Origin: Octopus vulgaris
Lineage: Eukaryota
Length of the DNA: 64,000 bases
Reading direction: 5' to 3'
Assembly: GCA_951406725.2 (NCBI GenBank)
Contig: OX597818.1
Coordinates: 83,638,001 to 83,702,000 of the forward strand
Under the pieces are notes generated by a model. It searched no databases. It was not told the DNA's origin and was given only the letters and a program-made list of their open reading frames with translations. A program made the position numbers and the translations under genes. Below, one piece after another: positions 1-16,399 of the stretch (position 1 is its first letter; every line of letters begins with the position of its first letter).

Positions 1-1291
1 TAATTATTACTCATCATGCTTATTAGTATCCAAAATGTGGTTAGCACTGTCGATTAGGGTCAAACAAATAGTGGTGAACGTAATCGTTAGGGGCATCCGA
101 GAAAATGACATCGTTTGCACTTGTGAGTTCAAATCCAATCGATATTATCTTTGGCGTCCATTCTTCTGGAATCAAAAAATATATACTAGTCAAGTAGAGG
201 GGTGCGATTTTATATTCCTTTAAATCTTTTAAACATGAATGGAATTATAAGGGACATATATTACATTTGTGTATTTTCAAATACATACATATGAGTCAAT
301 GATTGACTATTTCATAAATATAATGTTATAATATACCTTAGAATATTATTTAATAAATATAATCGTGTGATGATATAAAAAAATGTTTAACATGATGAAC
401 GCAACAAACGCATGGTTCAAGCTGTGTAAGATATGAAACAAGTGAGTCTTTAATACAAAAGAAATGAAAATATTATGAAATGAATATCAAACAATACATA
501 TGTTTCACAAGAAGATTTTATAATTAAGTCCTTTAAGAACAGGTTGCACGTCTAATATCCTAATGAAGTTAGACAGGAGAGAAAGTGAGGCCGTGAACAT
601 GAACTTATCTTGCTCTCTCAGTTTGATGATATTGATGAGGCTGATGGGTGCAGAAAAATTGGTATTCTGATCAGAAAGTCCCCCCAATTCTTAATAAGAG
701 TTAACACTAATAAGGTAGTGGTACCTAAATGAGCAGTGTGCTAAGACTAGTAGCTAAGAGAGCAATTCAGTATCCAAAGACTCGTTGGAGAGTTTGAGGT
801 TACCATATCAATGTTTGATTGATTAGGATTTGTTTGTTTCGGGTGAGTGGTTACATGAAATCGTGTCCCACCAAAAAACAGCTATGGCATCAGTATTGCT
901 CTTTCAGCGACTTCAACTAGAAATGTCGTCTCTACTGAGAGATCACTTATGACTGCAACCGTCTGATTCCTATCATTTCTAAGCGATTCTTCTACTTTCC
1001 TAACTATACCGATATGTGTATGTGTGTATTTGTAGAAGGTTGCAAACTTTTGAGGTGGTGACACTTGAGTACATCGTGACCTGCACTTGATTATTACTTT
1101 ATAAACTGCACCCCTCTTACCCCAAAAATGTCATCAGTGGCATTTAAATTGGAGTATAAGAACAGTATTAAATACCACCAGGCAAATGTCTACGGCTCTG
1201 GCAAATGATTGTTATAACCCGTCATTATAAGGCGGCGAGCTGTCAGAATCGTTAGATCTCCGCTGAAGTCGACTTTGCCTTTTATCCTTTC

Positions 1292-1325
<34 letters not shown>

Positions 1326-3268
1326 TGTGTGCACGATGTCAAAAATATCCTGCAGAAGATTAGCAGAGTGTGGAGTTGATTTAAAGTAAATATTTTAAGT
1401 TTATTGTATTGGAAATTGCAAGATTCACGTCCCTGATTTTTGGGATTTATGCTGAATAGAGTAGGAAGAAAAAAATATTTGTAACAGAACATTTTGTTTC
1501 GATACTGAGTAAATTCACTACACCATGATCGCTAGAGCCCCTTTAAAAAAATATCCTTAAAACAAAGAGCGAATTGAGGTGAGCTGCACGATAAGGAGAG
1601 AGAATGGAAAAAAATATCTACAATAATTTACAAATTTATGTAGAAAAATGTGTTTGAATAGGAACATAATGAGTGTGAGCTATTAAAATTAATGAGTGAA
1701 GAATTCATGCGATTACATTGCAAACAAAACACATTAAAAATGTATATTCATTTCAAAGCGTTAATTCGAAAATGTATATAAGCTCTAGCGAGGATTCATC
1801 CGTTGAAAATGTGTGTCGAAAATTTCGTTTGTGTGAGTGATGGTCAAACAGGATTGTATTAAAATAATTGAATTAAATATTCATGCAACTGAATTATAAA
1901 TGAGATACCTTAACAATGAAAATTCTTTTAAAGGATATATATGTTACAATGTGCATGTGTGTGCGTGTGTATATGTGTGTATACAATAGAGATTTTTGAC
2001 ACTAAAGGAGGGGAAGAAGCGTCAAAAACACACAGGGCTGTCAGTATTCAGCGGATTCAAATTGATTTGAGATTTACCAATGATGTGAATTACGCTGGTC
2101 CAGAAGGCGCGAAGAAAAAATATTTTTATACACCAGATCGAAGTATAGGGACAGAGAGGCAAAGAGGAAAAAGTTTCTAATTAGAGACAACTGACAGTGG
2201 AGATTCAATAAAGAGAGAGAGGAAGTCTCGGTCTGAGCCTTTAGCTCCTCCGCACAGCCATGTTAGAAAAATCTTATTTGAGGCACTGTTGTCATCTACA
2301 TCCTTTTGTAAATCTATTCCTTTACCCATGTGCGTGCGTGCGCGCATGTGAGTATGTGCGGGTGTGCCTGCGAGTATGTACGCATCGTGCATGTGCGTAT
2401 GTATAAATCTCTCTAAATATATACACACACATGTATATATATATTTATGTACATGCATATATATATATATATATTTACATGCATAGAGATATAAGTATGT
2501 ACATATATGCATATGTGTATATGTATATTATGCATGTGTTTGTTGTGATTATTATGACAGGCTTCTTACAGTTTCCATCAGCCAAATCTACTCACGCACT
2601 TTGGGCTATAGTAGAATGTACTTGCTCAAGGAGTCACCTAATCGATGAACCCAAGACTATCTGATTGGGAAGCAAGCTTTTCAACTACAACAACACCTCC
2701 ACCAAATGTCTTTATACTTACTACGAATGAGGTACAGTTAAATAAATAAATTTGATTTTAAAATTCAAATAAACAAATACTTTTTATATCCATAATTAGT
2801 AATAAGCCAAAGGTTGTTTTTCTATAATTAAACTCAACAGAAATATGCAATTAGAAATTCATTTACGTTGTAGCGTAATGAACTGATGTGGAGTCACTTT
2901 AACATTAGTTCTATTAAAAGCAATCTATGACACTTCCATATCTAAGAAAAGCGATATTTTAATTATAAAGGAATGCGTGGAATTATTGTAAGTAATATAT
3001 TCTATATGAATTTCTAGGTGTGGCAGTTTAAGAAACTTGCTTTCGAATCATGCTATCTTTGGCTCAATCCCACTGTGCGGCCAATTGGGCAAGTCTCGTC
3101 CCCTATATCCATAGGATGATCAAATCTTTGTCAGTGGATTTGGGAGACGAAAACTTTGCGTTTATGTTTTTCGCCTATGACCACTTAGCAACCTGTGCTA
3201 ATTTCTGTAAGTCCCTTAAAAATTCCTGGCCCTCTGAAAGATTTTAAATCCTTATTACATACATATTT

Positions 3269-3680
3269 AAGGCGGAAAGCTGGTAGAATCGTTAGTGAGT
3301 CAGACAAAATGCTTCGCGGCATTTCGTCTGGCTCGTAACGTTCTTGATATAAAATCCACCGAGGCCTATTTTGCCATTTATCCTCTCGGGGTCCTCAAAT
3401 CACGAATCAATTACCTGAATCCTCGTATTCGACTTTCTCCCCCAAACTCTGCGCCTGTGCCAAAATTTGAAATTAGTACTAAGGCGGTGAGCTGGCAGAA
3501 TTGTTAGCCCGCCAGATGCATTCCTTTCGGTCTTACTTTCAAATTTCAAAAATCTACTGAGGTCGACCTTGCTTTTCGTCTACTAGGAATTAACAAAATG
3601 ATCTGTAGTTGAGCACTGGGGGCAACTGTGATTGATTAGGCACTTAAACCCAAAATTTCAGGCCTCTTGGGGCATCACCT
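3269..3680 (+). mobile_element. Two adjacent degenerate copies of tRNA-headed SINE family B
   Basis: AAGGCGG..AGCTGG(C/T)AGAAT(C/T)GTTAG heads at 3269 and 3481, followed by body sequence shared with the better copies at 8940 and 17478. Confidence 0.75.
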
Positions 3681-3689
3681 TCGAGAAAT

Positions 3690-3997
3690 TTTTTAGTCGA
3701 ATGAATCGATCCAATAATTTTTTTTTAAAGTCTGTTACTTATTCTATCACTTACGCAAAGTTACGGGTTCATAAACACACCAGCACCAGTTGTCAAACGG
3801 TGTTAGGGACGAAAAACAGACAGACACACACATATGAAGGGCTTCTTTCAGTTTCCGTATACCAAATCCAGTTACTAGGCGTTGCTCGGACTGAGGCTAT
3901 AGGGGAAGAAACGTTCCCAAGATACCACGCAATGGGACTGAACCCAGAAGAATGTGGTTAGGAAAAAAATTTCTTACCGCCCAGCCACGCCTTCACC
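3690..3997 (-). mobile_element. SINE family A copy
   Basis: GGGCTTCTTTCAGTTTCCGTATACCAAATCC...GGGACTGAACCCAG..CAGCCACGCC matches the other family A copies (e.g. 27623-28027). Confidence 0.75.
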
Positions 3998-4096
3998 TAT
4001 TATATTTTAAAATAAAGATTCACATTTTTGCTGTTTCACCTACATTTAATAGACCGTATTACTATACTAGATGTAAACGTCCAGCCCATCTATAGC

Positions 4097-5692
<1,596 letters not shown>

Positions 5693-5819
5693 CGTTACAC
5701 AAGATTTATTTCCCTGCTCTGTCTGGGGGCTATGAGTGCGATTTACTATACTTTTTGAATAATGTGTTCTCAATGTGGTTAATAGGTTTCTCGTTTGATG
5801 TTGAGTTGCGAGATCGATT

Positions 5820-5885
5820 GCAGCGTGCAGTTTATTACCTTGAAGTTGTATCGCAGCGTGCAGTTTATTACCTTGAAGTTGTATC
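5820..5885. repeat. Perfect 33-bp tandem duplication
   Basis: GCAGCGTGCAGTTTATTACCTTGAAGTTGTATC x2. Confidence 0.95.
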
Positions 5886-6235
5886 GTTCTACCGGGAGTC
5901 TTACCTCAGTTTATTGCTTTTGTCTTATGTTTTAGTTGAAGTTTAAAATTTCGGACCGTCATAGACTAACGTGCACACAAGCACAGACATATATATATAT
6001 ATATATATATATGCAGACGGGCACACATACAGAGACACACACAAAGTATATGTACATGTGTACATATAAATATATATATAAAAAACATATATATATATAT
6101 ATATGCATATACGGACGCACACACACATATATATATATACATATACACATACATACATATATCAACATTAAACGTTGATGTATAACTATATATAAATATA
6201 TATTTACACACACGCACACACAAACATATATGTAC

Positions 6236-6289
<54 letters not shown>

Positions 6290-6315
6290 ATATATATATA
6301 TTTATATATACATAC

Positions 6316-6356
<41 letters not shown>

Positions 6357-6371
6357 CATACATATATATAC

Positions 6372-6412
<41 letters not shown>

Positions 6413-6934
6413 GATATGTATGTATTTATATCTATGTATGTTAGTATGTAATAAATATAAATGAATTCGGACACATTTTTTGGGTCCTTTATTCCTTTTT
6501 CCAATTGTTCACCTTCATTGATTCTCAGGTATGTATACCCACCTATTATATATCACATTCCTTTTATTGCCTGGTTGATTTCATTGCTGGTGTTACTCGG
6601 CTCGGTCAGCCCGACTCCATTGACAGTGACCCTGGAACATCTGCCAGTAACAGCCATAAACTTTTACAGTTTGGTTTGGGAAAGCTAATCCAATAGGTTC
6701 ACTGATACACCACACATTTGATCTTGATCATACATGGACGATGTGCCTGACAGTTTTCTCACAAACGTTCTATCTCTTCTGCAAGCGTTTTTGAAATTGC
6801 TGCTGCTGTCTTCTTCTTCTTCCAATCAGGAGTCACGCCATTAGTCACAAAGAACAATCTCATATTCGAGCCTACTTTAAGCTACTAAGAATGTGTGTGG
6901 TAACTTGAAGATCCACCCACCACACACAATAGAC

Positions 6935-7302
6935 CGGCGGTTGACCGGGGGCGAAAGATACGTTGTTATCATCATTCCGTAAACGGTGGCTTTTAACGGG
7001 TGGAGAGTTGAATCATCCTGAGTTACAGAGTATTCGCAATCTAGACTAGGGTTTGAAAGTTTACCACACCATAGTGGGTTACACCATGGTTCCTCTGTTT
7101 TGAGGCAGAAGTAGGAAAAAAGAGTGAAAGAAAGTTGTGGTGAAAGAGTACAGCGTAGTTCAACCCTACCTCCTCCGCCGGAGCTTCGTGGAGCTAAGGT
7201 GCTTTTGCTCAATAAGCACTCACAATACCCGGTCTGGGAATCGAAACCGCTTTCTCACGATCGCGAGTCCGCTGTCCTAACCACTGGGCAATTGCGCCTC
7301 CA
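6935..7302 (-). mobile_element. SINE family C (tRNA-derived head), tail variant 1
   Basis: Minus strand begins GTGGAGGCGCAATTGCCCAGTGGTTAGGACAGCGGACTCGCG...GGTTTCGATTCCCAGACC, with Pol III A/B box-like motifs. The head is homologous to 24175-24470 and 33999-34302. Confidence 0.85.
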
Positions 7303-7386
7303 CCTGCTGCTGCTGTTGCACCTTATACTGTCGTTGTTGTTTTATTGTTATATCCTTCCTCTCCCCTTTGTTAATTTTCATCTTCC

Positions 7387-7387
<1 letters not shown>

Positions 7388-7453
<66 letters not shown>

Positions 7454-8660
7454 TAGTCTATTTTCATCACATGATTTCACTGCACTACCGAGCTTTCTGT
7501 GCCTTGAGTATGTGCTATGCTATGGTTTCTCGCGGTGCTCTTATTTTCACTGTATTGAAAGTGTTTTACGTAGGAAATATGCGGTGCCTAGTAGTGCTAT
7601 TTTCTGTGTTATATATATACTTTTAAGTGCAGGTGTTTTTGTTATGTATTTGTCTGAATGTATTTTCATCATATCTAATGCAACTACTATGATAGGAATT
7701 GTTTCTGTTTTTAGGCTCCACATTCGAGTTACCTCTATTTCCAGATCTTTGTATTTTGAAATTTCATTTCTGGATTTGGTTTTTAGGATTCTTTATGTGA
7801 GTTCATTTGTTGAATCGTAATTTGTTGTGTCTAGGGAGAGTCATTCTCTTTTTGTGCTTTATAATTTAACACACTCACCGGTAAAATTTCCACTTATTTC
7901 TTTTTTATTTTTCTAAAATTTTCGTTGCATCTTGCAACAGTTTCAATAGTATTGAAAGGGTCAAAACTATTGAAAAGTTTGCAAGACTCAACAAAAATTT
8001 TAGAAAAAAAGTGGAAATTTTACCGCTGAGTGTGTTAAATTATAAGGCACCAAAAGAGAATGACTCCCCAGACACAACAGAATGTATTTTGAAAGTTTCT
8101 CCGTCTCTTTTAGAGAAATATTGTCATCTGTTGGTATCGACTCATTGATAAGAAATCATTTAGTTTCTTGGTGATCTCTGAGAACTATATTCAGTCTATT
8201 GGCCTTAATTTCTCTATCTGTTTGTATTGGCATATCCCATAGTATGGTTGCTTTCTCATTTTTTGTGACTTTTTCTGGAGTGTGCCTATAACTTCTTTTT
8301 TCTATTGTTATTCCAAAGCGTTGGCACAGCTTCCAGTGTATATAGGTCCCAACGCTGTCGTGTCTGTGAATATATTACTTCGTAGCTAAGACTGGGTAGC
8401 CAGAGATATTACGATTTATTGTTTCTTCCCCATCACCACATATTCTGCAGTTAGTTGTTCTATTTAATTTTATTACGTGTTTTTGGATATTTTCTGGTGA
8501 GACAGCATTGGTCTTGTGCTGCAATTAAAAATCGTCCAGTCTCTGCTTTAAGTCCTGAGCTTCTCAGCCATTGTTGGCATTTTGTTTTGTGTATTTCTTT
8601 TCTGTTTAGCTTCAACCCAATATTTAGCATAAAGAGGCTTTTCTTGCCATTGTTTTATCG
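7388..8660 (-). pseudogene. 3' part of an RLE-type non-LTR retrotransposon (R4/Dong-like), interrupted by a foldback insertion
   Basis: Minus-strand translation gives WLRSSGLKAETGRFLIAAQDQ, the zinc finger CRICGDGEETINR, RHDSVGTYIHW, ILWDMPIQTDREIKANRLNIV (RLE PD region), KYKDLEIEVTRMW and QKIALLGTAYFLRKTL*. It ends in an (AAT)n tail and has several stops. Confidence 0.9.
7762..8082. mobile_element. Foldback insertion (~120-bp inverted arms) with a 12-bp flanking duplication, PLE-terminus-like
   Basis: Arms 7824-7950 and 7966-8078 are reverse complements. TGTATTTTGAAA is duplicated at 7750-7761 and 8083-8094. Each arm carries a hammerhead-like motif. Confidence 0.85.
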
Positions 8661-8669
8661 CGATCAGAA

Positions 8670-8863
8670 CCGGCAGCAGACTGGGCGAAATGCTAAGCGG
8701 TATTTCGAATTCCACAACGTTCTGAGTTCAAATTCCACCAAGGTCGACTTTGCCTTTCAACCTTTCGGTATCGATAAAGTAAGTACAAGTTGAATATTGG
8801 TGTCGATGTGATCGACTGTCCCCCTCCCCACAAAATCCAGGCCTTGTGCCTATAGCAGAAAGG

Positions 8864-8922
<59 letters not shown>

Positions 8923-9370
8923 CATTATTATTATTATGTAAGGCGGCGAGCTGGCAGAATCGTTAGCATGCTGGATGAAATGCTTAGCGATATTTCGTCC
9001 GTTTTTACGTTCTGAGTTCAAATTCCGCCGAGCTCTACTTCGCCCATTATCCTTTCGGGGTCGATAAAATAAGTACCAGTTACGCATTGGGGTCGATGTT
9101 ATTGACTTTCTCCCTCTATAAATTTAAGGACTTGTGCCTACAGTGCAAAGAATTAAGGCGGCGAGCTGACTGAATCGTTAGCACACTGGAAGAAGTACTT
9201 AGCAGTATTTCCCTCGTCTCTTCGTTCTGAGCTCAAATTCCACCGACGTCGACTTTGCCTTTCATCCTGTTGGGGTCGATAAAGTACCAGTGGAGCACTG
9301 GGGTCGATGTTATCGACCATCCTCCTCCCCTAAATTTCAGCTCTTGTGTCAATAGTACAAAGTATTATTC
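8670..9370 (+). mobile_element. Cluster of three SINE family B copies with (ATT)n tails
   Basis: Repeated TTCTGAG(T/C)TCAAATTCC..body..TCGATAAA modules at about 8720, 9010 and 9225; AAGGCGGCGAGCTG heads at about 8940 and 9156. Confidence 0.88.
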
Positions 9371-9596
9371 TTAATAGATTAATTATTAATGTAATAAGTT
9401 CATTATTAGTAGTAATATTACTTGTGGTAGTGGTGCTTGTAAAAGTGGTATTGGTGCTGGTAGCGATTGCTTTAGTAGTAATAATAATGGTGGAGGTGGT
9501 GATGGACAAACTAGAAGTGGTTTTAGTGTTGGTAGTGGTAATAGTAGTTGCAGTGGTAGTAGTATTAGTAGTGGCGATAATAGCCTTTTTAACAAT

Positions 9597-9662
<66 letters not shown>

Positions 9663-9961
9663 TTGTTTCAATTCCCAAAATTTTCTCTTTGATATACTTC
9701 ATACCGAAAAATATTTTTAAAAATCGATTAAGTTTTCCTTTTAACTGCATGTGTGACGTTCATAGCACACATGCAGACCACACGGAAACGTGTTTATATA
9801 TGTATTCATGTGAGTACATGTAGCTATATATATATATATATATATATATCTTCATGTATGAATTTTATCTATACAATATATATATGTATATATGCATACA
9901 TACACACACACATATATATACATATATATATACATGTAGGTATATATATATTTATATATGA

Positions 9962-10032
<71 letters not shown>

Positions 10033-10366
10033 CACACACACATACATCTATAATGTGTGTGTCTCTATTTATGTACAGAATGATGGAAACAATAATTTGA
10101 AAAGATTCAAATAAGAAAACGCTAAACTGTACGTTATTTTGTATTGAGTGCTACGTATGAAAATAATCCACTTGAATTAAACCTCTTTCAACGACGTAAA
10201 TACATGAAATACAGAAGTAAGTTTCTGTCTCTCTCTTTCTCGCTTTCTTTCTTTCTTTCTTTCTTTCTGCATAAATATACATGAATGTATATGCGTATAA
10301 GTGTATATACTTGTGTATAATATATATGAAGGTGTACCTATACATGAATGTATACCTACATATAGA

Positions 10367-10411
<45 letters not shown>

Positions 10412-11759
10412 GTATAATAGAAGCCCGAATATAGGCAGAGATTAGTGGAAATGACACATTGATGATGTTCAAAGCAAGTAGATTATGATAACACACGCTC
10501 CACACACACACGCAAACACAAACACATACACACACACACACAACACATATAGTAGCACCGAAACAACAGACACATTCACAAAAGCAGGCACTGCACACAG
10601 CATTACCCCCGCGCATGCGTGCAACACATTTACCGTTTAAATAGCTATTCATAGAGACACGTTGGAGATAATTTTCTCATGACATGACTAAATATACAGA
10701 TATTTGTTGACATGTAAGAGGTTGTGTCGGTTTGAAGATCAGCAGCTTTCATGATAAAACTATCAGGACGAAGAATGTCATGGAAGCGGAGTAGAAAAAT
10801 GCAGAGGGGTGTTGCAGTTGAAATATCAGCTAACAGCATCTCCCCATGCCTAAACACCTCTCGCGCAAAGATCGACACTTACCGTTCCCCGTCGACTCCT
10901 ACACCTGAACCATGTCTGTTATTGCAGCTGTCCTTCTATAGCAAATAGATCCTTTCATGGTTTTAACTTTAATGATGATAGCAACAAACGAGAAAAAGAG
11001 TGATGAGGAAACGGTTGCAGGATCGTGATGATGATGAGATGAAAATAACGATTATAATGAAGGAGATGATGCGGCCGTGAAAGAGAAGACAGAGAGCCGT
11101 GTTGAGGACTGCGGTGGTGATATTTAAGATGATTAAGATAATAGGTTTGAGAAAATATGAACACACATACATAGCGCGCGTATGATCATGTTAGGATCTG
11201 CGTAAATATAAACATTGGTATGTGTATGAGCAAGTATACGCACATACACACATCATATATGCATAGACACACACACACAACACACACATATATATGTATA
11301 TACATAGTTTTATATATGTATGAGCATACATGTATATACATAGTTTTATATATGTATGAGCATACATGTATATACATAGTTTATATCTGTATGTGTATAT
11401 ATGTATATATATAGTTTTAAATATGTATGCGTATATATATGCATTTATGTATTTATATATATATGTATACATATATATATATATATGCGCGCGCGCAAGT
11501 GTATGCGTGAGTGTATGTGCTTGTACATGTATGTACGTATGTATATACGTATGTATACACGTATGTATGTATGTATGTATGTATGTATGTATGTATGTAT
11601 GTATGTATGAAGGTATATATGTATGTATTATCTTTTTAGCAGTTGCAACCGAGAAGCTTGTCAGAACGCCGTGCCGCTGTGCAATCTCTCTCTCCTCTGT
11701 TACCTTTGATAGATATTCAATTTAATTTTATGTATCTATCTCTGCCACTAATATCAATA

Positions 11760-12350
11760 TGAAGTAGGGAAATCTCCGATATGGCTCCTTTTTGAACATC
11801 ATAGCAAAGGCTCGGAAACCAACATTATGTTTAACGTCAATAGTCGACTTTGATAGAATTTTTCCATAAATTAAATCTCGCATTTCGTCTTCAGTTCAAT
11901 CCATGTTTTGATTCCTCATGAATAGTCTCATGTGCATACACGAAAAGAAATCGTGAAACTCATTTTTTTTTTTCTGGATCCAGACTGAAAAATCGTTTCT
12001 CTTCATGCTTTGAAGAGGGCACATTATATAGAGCCCCTTTTTTTTTTTAGATTGAAATCCTTGATTGCTTTAGATTTTCAAGTGCATTTCAGACTCATCC
12101 GTTTTATCTTTTACATGTCCAAAAGTATTTCAGCAATATAGGGAAAATGTTACTGGAAAGACTCTCAGATCCTTGTTTTGTGTACTATATGACTTTCATC
12201 TTCATTGATGAGTATGGTGTTACGTTTTCGTTTTCTTCTTTTTTCATTACATCGAGAAAGAGACTGATTTTGGATGTAACATTCACATGGGAGGTTACCG
12301 TATCATACAGTTCATGGCCTGTGAAGACAAGATTATCAGCATAGTAAAGA
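11760..12350 (-). pseudogene. Highly degenerate LINE RT fragment (RTE-like)
   Basis: LYYADNLVF resembles the RT motif LxYADD. Downstream EMRDLIYGKILSKSTI resembles the RTE C-terminal region. Many stops and frameshifts. Confidence 0.4.
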
Positions 12351-12406
12351 TTATGCTGACGCTGCCATGCAGATATTGACGCATAAACACGCACAGATAT
12401 TTATCC

Positions 12407-12466
<60 letters not shown>

Positions 12467-12777
12467 ATGTACACACACGAACACACACACATATTTATTA
12501 ATATATTATTTATTTTATATATTATGTTATATATATATATATGAACATACTTTATATACATACGCATACACATATATCTATATGCATGTATATGTATACA
12601 CACACATTTATCTATATATACATATGCGTATTTGATAAATTGTATCAAAAATGTTTGCTATATGGTTTTCATCCTTATTGAGCAGTCTTTAAGTTGAGAA
12701 ATAGGCCTTGGTTTATATGTATAAACACAAGGATATAAAATAAATATTAGTATGTATATAACATAATATGCCTCCCC

Positions 12778-12814
<37 letters not shown>

Positions 12815-12848
12815 GTATCTTTTGTATGTATATGTATATATATTTGTG

Positions 12849-12887
<39 letters not shown>

Positions 12888-13621
12888 ACTTGTACTCCTG
12901 CGTGTATATGCACACATAATCATACTTTGGGTAATATTTCCTTTTCCTCTAAAGCTATGGAGATTATATTATCTTTGATAAACTCTTTAGGTTTCTTGTC
13001 AAGTAAGGTTTACGTATGTTACTTCATAAATTGAACAGAGATTATTCTCAAAGACACACAAACATACGCACACAGATATGCAAACATATGTGCACGCATG
13101 TACACACAAACACACTGATACACATGCATTCATGCATACATAATGTACATATGCATTTGGAATACAGCCATGCATATATAGCTGTATGCTCTCGTATACT
13201 AATACACTCGGAGAAGCTCATAAATGTAATACAGTGTGTGTTAATAGACATCTTATTGTGGATCATTTTCAAGGATCCAGAGCAAAAAGCCATAATGCTT
13301 TCCATTTGAGTATTTAATGTCAAGAGAGCTTTGACCATCTTATTTTCTTCAGTGTGTCTTGGAATGGATGTATGAATACAGACACCTACTAAAACATAAA
13401 ATGCACGCATATACAAGCACACAAAAGAATGCAAAAATAAATACCCATCTGCGTATTGATTCACGTGTTTTTGCATGAATTGGTATGTAGAGGTATAAAA
13501 TCAGAAAAATATTGCTGCTTTCTAGCTAGTATATATATATCTACATTTCATATATATATATATATATATATGTATGTATAAGCAACCACACATATACACA
13601 TACATACACATGCATATACAC

Positions 13622-13659
<38 letters not shown>

Positions 13660-14355
13660 TATAAGTACGTATATCTTCCAATTCTTTCTTTGATTTATAC
13701 CAGTGCCCCGCAACGTTTTTTCACTTGCAGTACACTTATATTATTTTCAAAATTCGGCGGCACGCCTGAACTATAAATATGACAAAAAAGTAATGGGGGT
13801 AAAAATTATATTGAGGTCACACTGCGGTACATTTAGCATCGTAACACTTAGCATCGTAACCGGTATGCCGGTTACGGAACTGATTTATAGTGTCGCCATT
13901 TTCATTTCGCGTTCTTCTTATGTTTTTCGCTTGCCTTGATAAAGAACGACTTCCGAAAAGTTATGACACTTTCTTTCACTCGATGACGCATAAAGCTAAT
14001 ACGATACTTGCCAAAATTTGTCCCTCCTTTATGGGCATTTTTAAAGTTCGTTGTATTTACCCTATGCGTGTGTTACTGTAGGTATGTATGTTTATATTAG
14101 ATGTGTGCTAAAGGAACAAGTCATTGAAGGAAGGTCTCTCCTGAGCCCTAAGCTCATAATATCCCGTTTACTGTATTCTTTGGCGTATATATTACCACCG
14201 TTCACGGGACGCCGGTCTGTTGAATGATTACCTCTTTTTATCTCCTGAATGACGTGGAAATAAAATGTAAGAGAGGAAACCACAATCTCTACGATTCTGA
14301 ATTCAACAATCTAACTTGAAGCAACGTGCCTCCACATACGTCTAGGTATAGACAT

Positions 14356-14409
<54 letters not shown>

Positions 14410-14413
<4 letters not shown>

Positions 14414-14686
14414 CATGCGGCCTTGATGGGGCACCACCTTAAAGAAATTCAGTCCATCGACACCAGTACGCATTTTGTAAAGTCTAGTACTTATTCTATC
14501 GGTCTCCTATGCCAAACAGGTAAGTTGCTTAGACATAAACAAGCCACTACAGGTTGTCAAGCAATAGTGGGACAAACATGCACAAAAATACACACACACA
14601 TACGCACAAATATACACACAACGGATTTCTTTCAGCTTCCGTCTACCAAATCCACTCAATGCTTTGGGCGGCTCGAAGCTATAGTT
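14410..14686 (-). mobile_element. Partial SINE family A
   Basis: GGGGCACCACCTT...TAGTACTTATTCTATCGGTCTC...TTTCAGCTTCCGTCTACCAAATCCACTCAA, shared with the family A copies. Confidence 0.75.
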
Positions 14687-14688
14687 AA

Positions 14689-14859
<171 letters not shown>

Positions 14860-14867
14860 TATATGTG

Positions 14868-14928
<61 letters not shown>

Positions 14929-14929
14929 G

Positions 14930-15794
<865 letters not shown>

Positions 15795-16152
15795 GTATAT
15801 GTGTGTATGTATATATATATATATATATACGTATATGTGTATATATAAATATATGTATGTATATGTATACACATATATATATATATATGTATGTTTATGT
15901 GTGTGTATATATATATATATTTCTTACGATGGCTACCGAAATACCTATCAGTCTAAGGGATTCTCGTTTCGGTGTTCGGGCGATTGCAGTCCCTATCAGA
16001 ATTTGTTATGCTCTTTACAACACCATTAAGTCATTTTAGCTCTTATTTCTAGCAATGTAGGTGCTTTGACACTCTTAGTCATGTTTTGTAGACTATAATT
16101 CTCCTTTACGGCATTACATTGCAACTATCTGTGTTTTACAATTTATATATAA

Positions 16153-16212
<60 letters not shown>

Positions 16213-16224
16213 TCATTTATGTAA

Positions 16225-16282
<58 letters not shown>

Positions 16283-16399
16283 TCATTTATGTAAATGTGT
16301 CTATTTTGAAAAGAAGTTTACTCGTCTCTGAGATTATTATTAATGCTTTGTTACTGCTTGCTTTCATCTGAAGTATATCTCAATTATTATAGACTGGAA

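Noticed and set aside
500-1080. Unique-looking sequence with short ORFs
   Set aside because: No recognisable domain or splice pattern; probably an old repeat remnant.
2078-2093. 16-mer CAATGATGTGAATTAC repeated at 23574-23589, resembling a snoRNA C box
   Set aside because: Imperfect box C, no convincing D box or terminal stem, and a match of this length is plausible by chance in AT-rich 64 kb.
9346-9720. Hydrophobic V-rich 124-aa ORF resembling a membrane protein
   Set aside because: It is a degenerate (GTA/GTG)n and (TAC)n trinucleotide repeat.
13700-14345. Island with palindrome GTAACCGGTATGCCGGTTAC and short ORFs
   Set aside because: The palindrome and 15-bp duplication are real, but no family or function can be supported. 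The hammerhead-like words are too degenerate.
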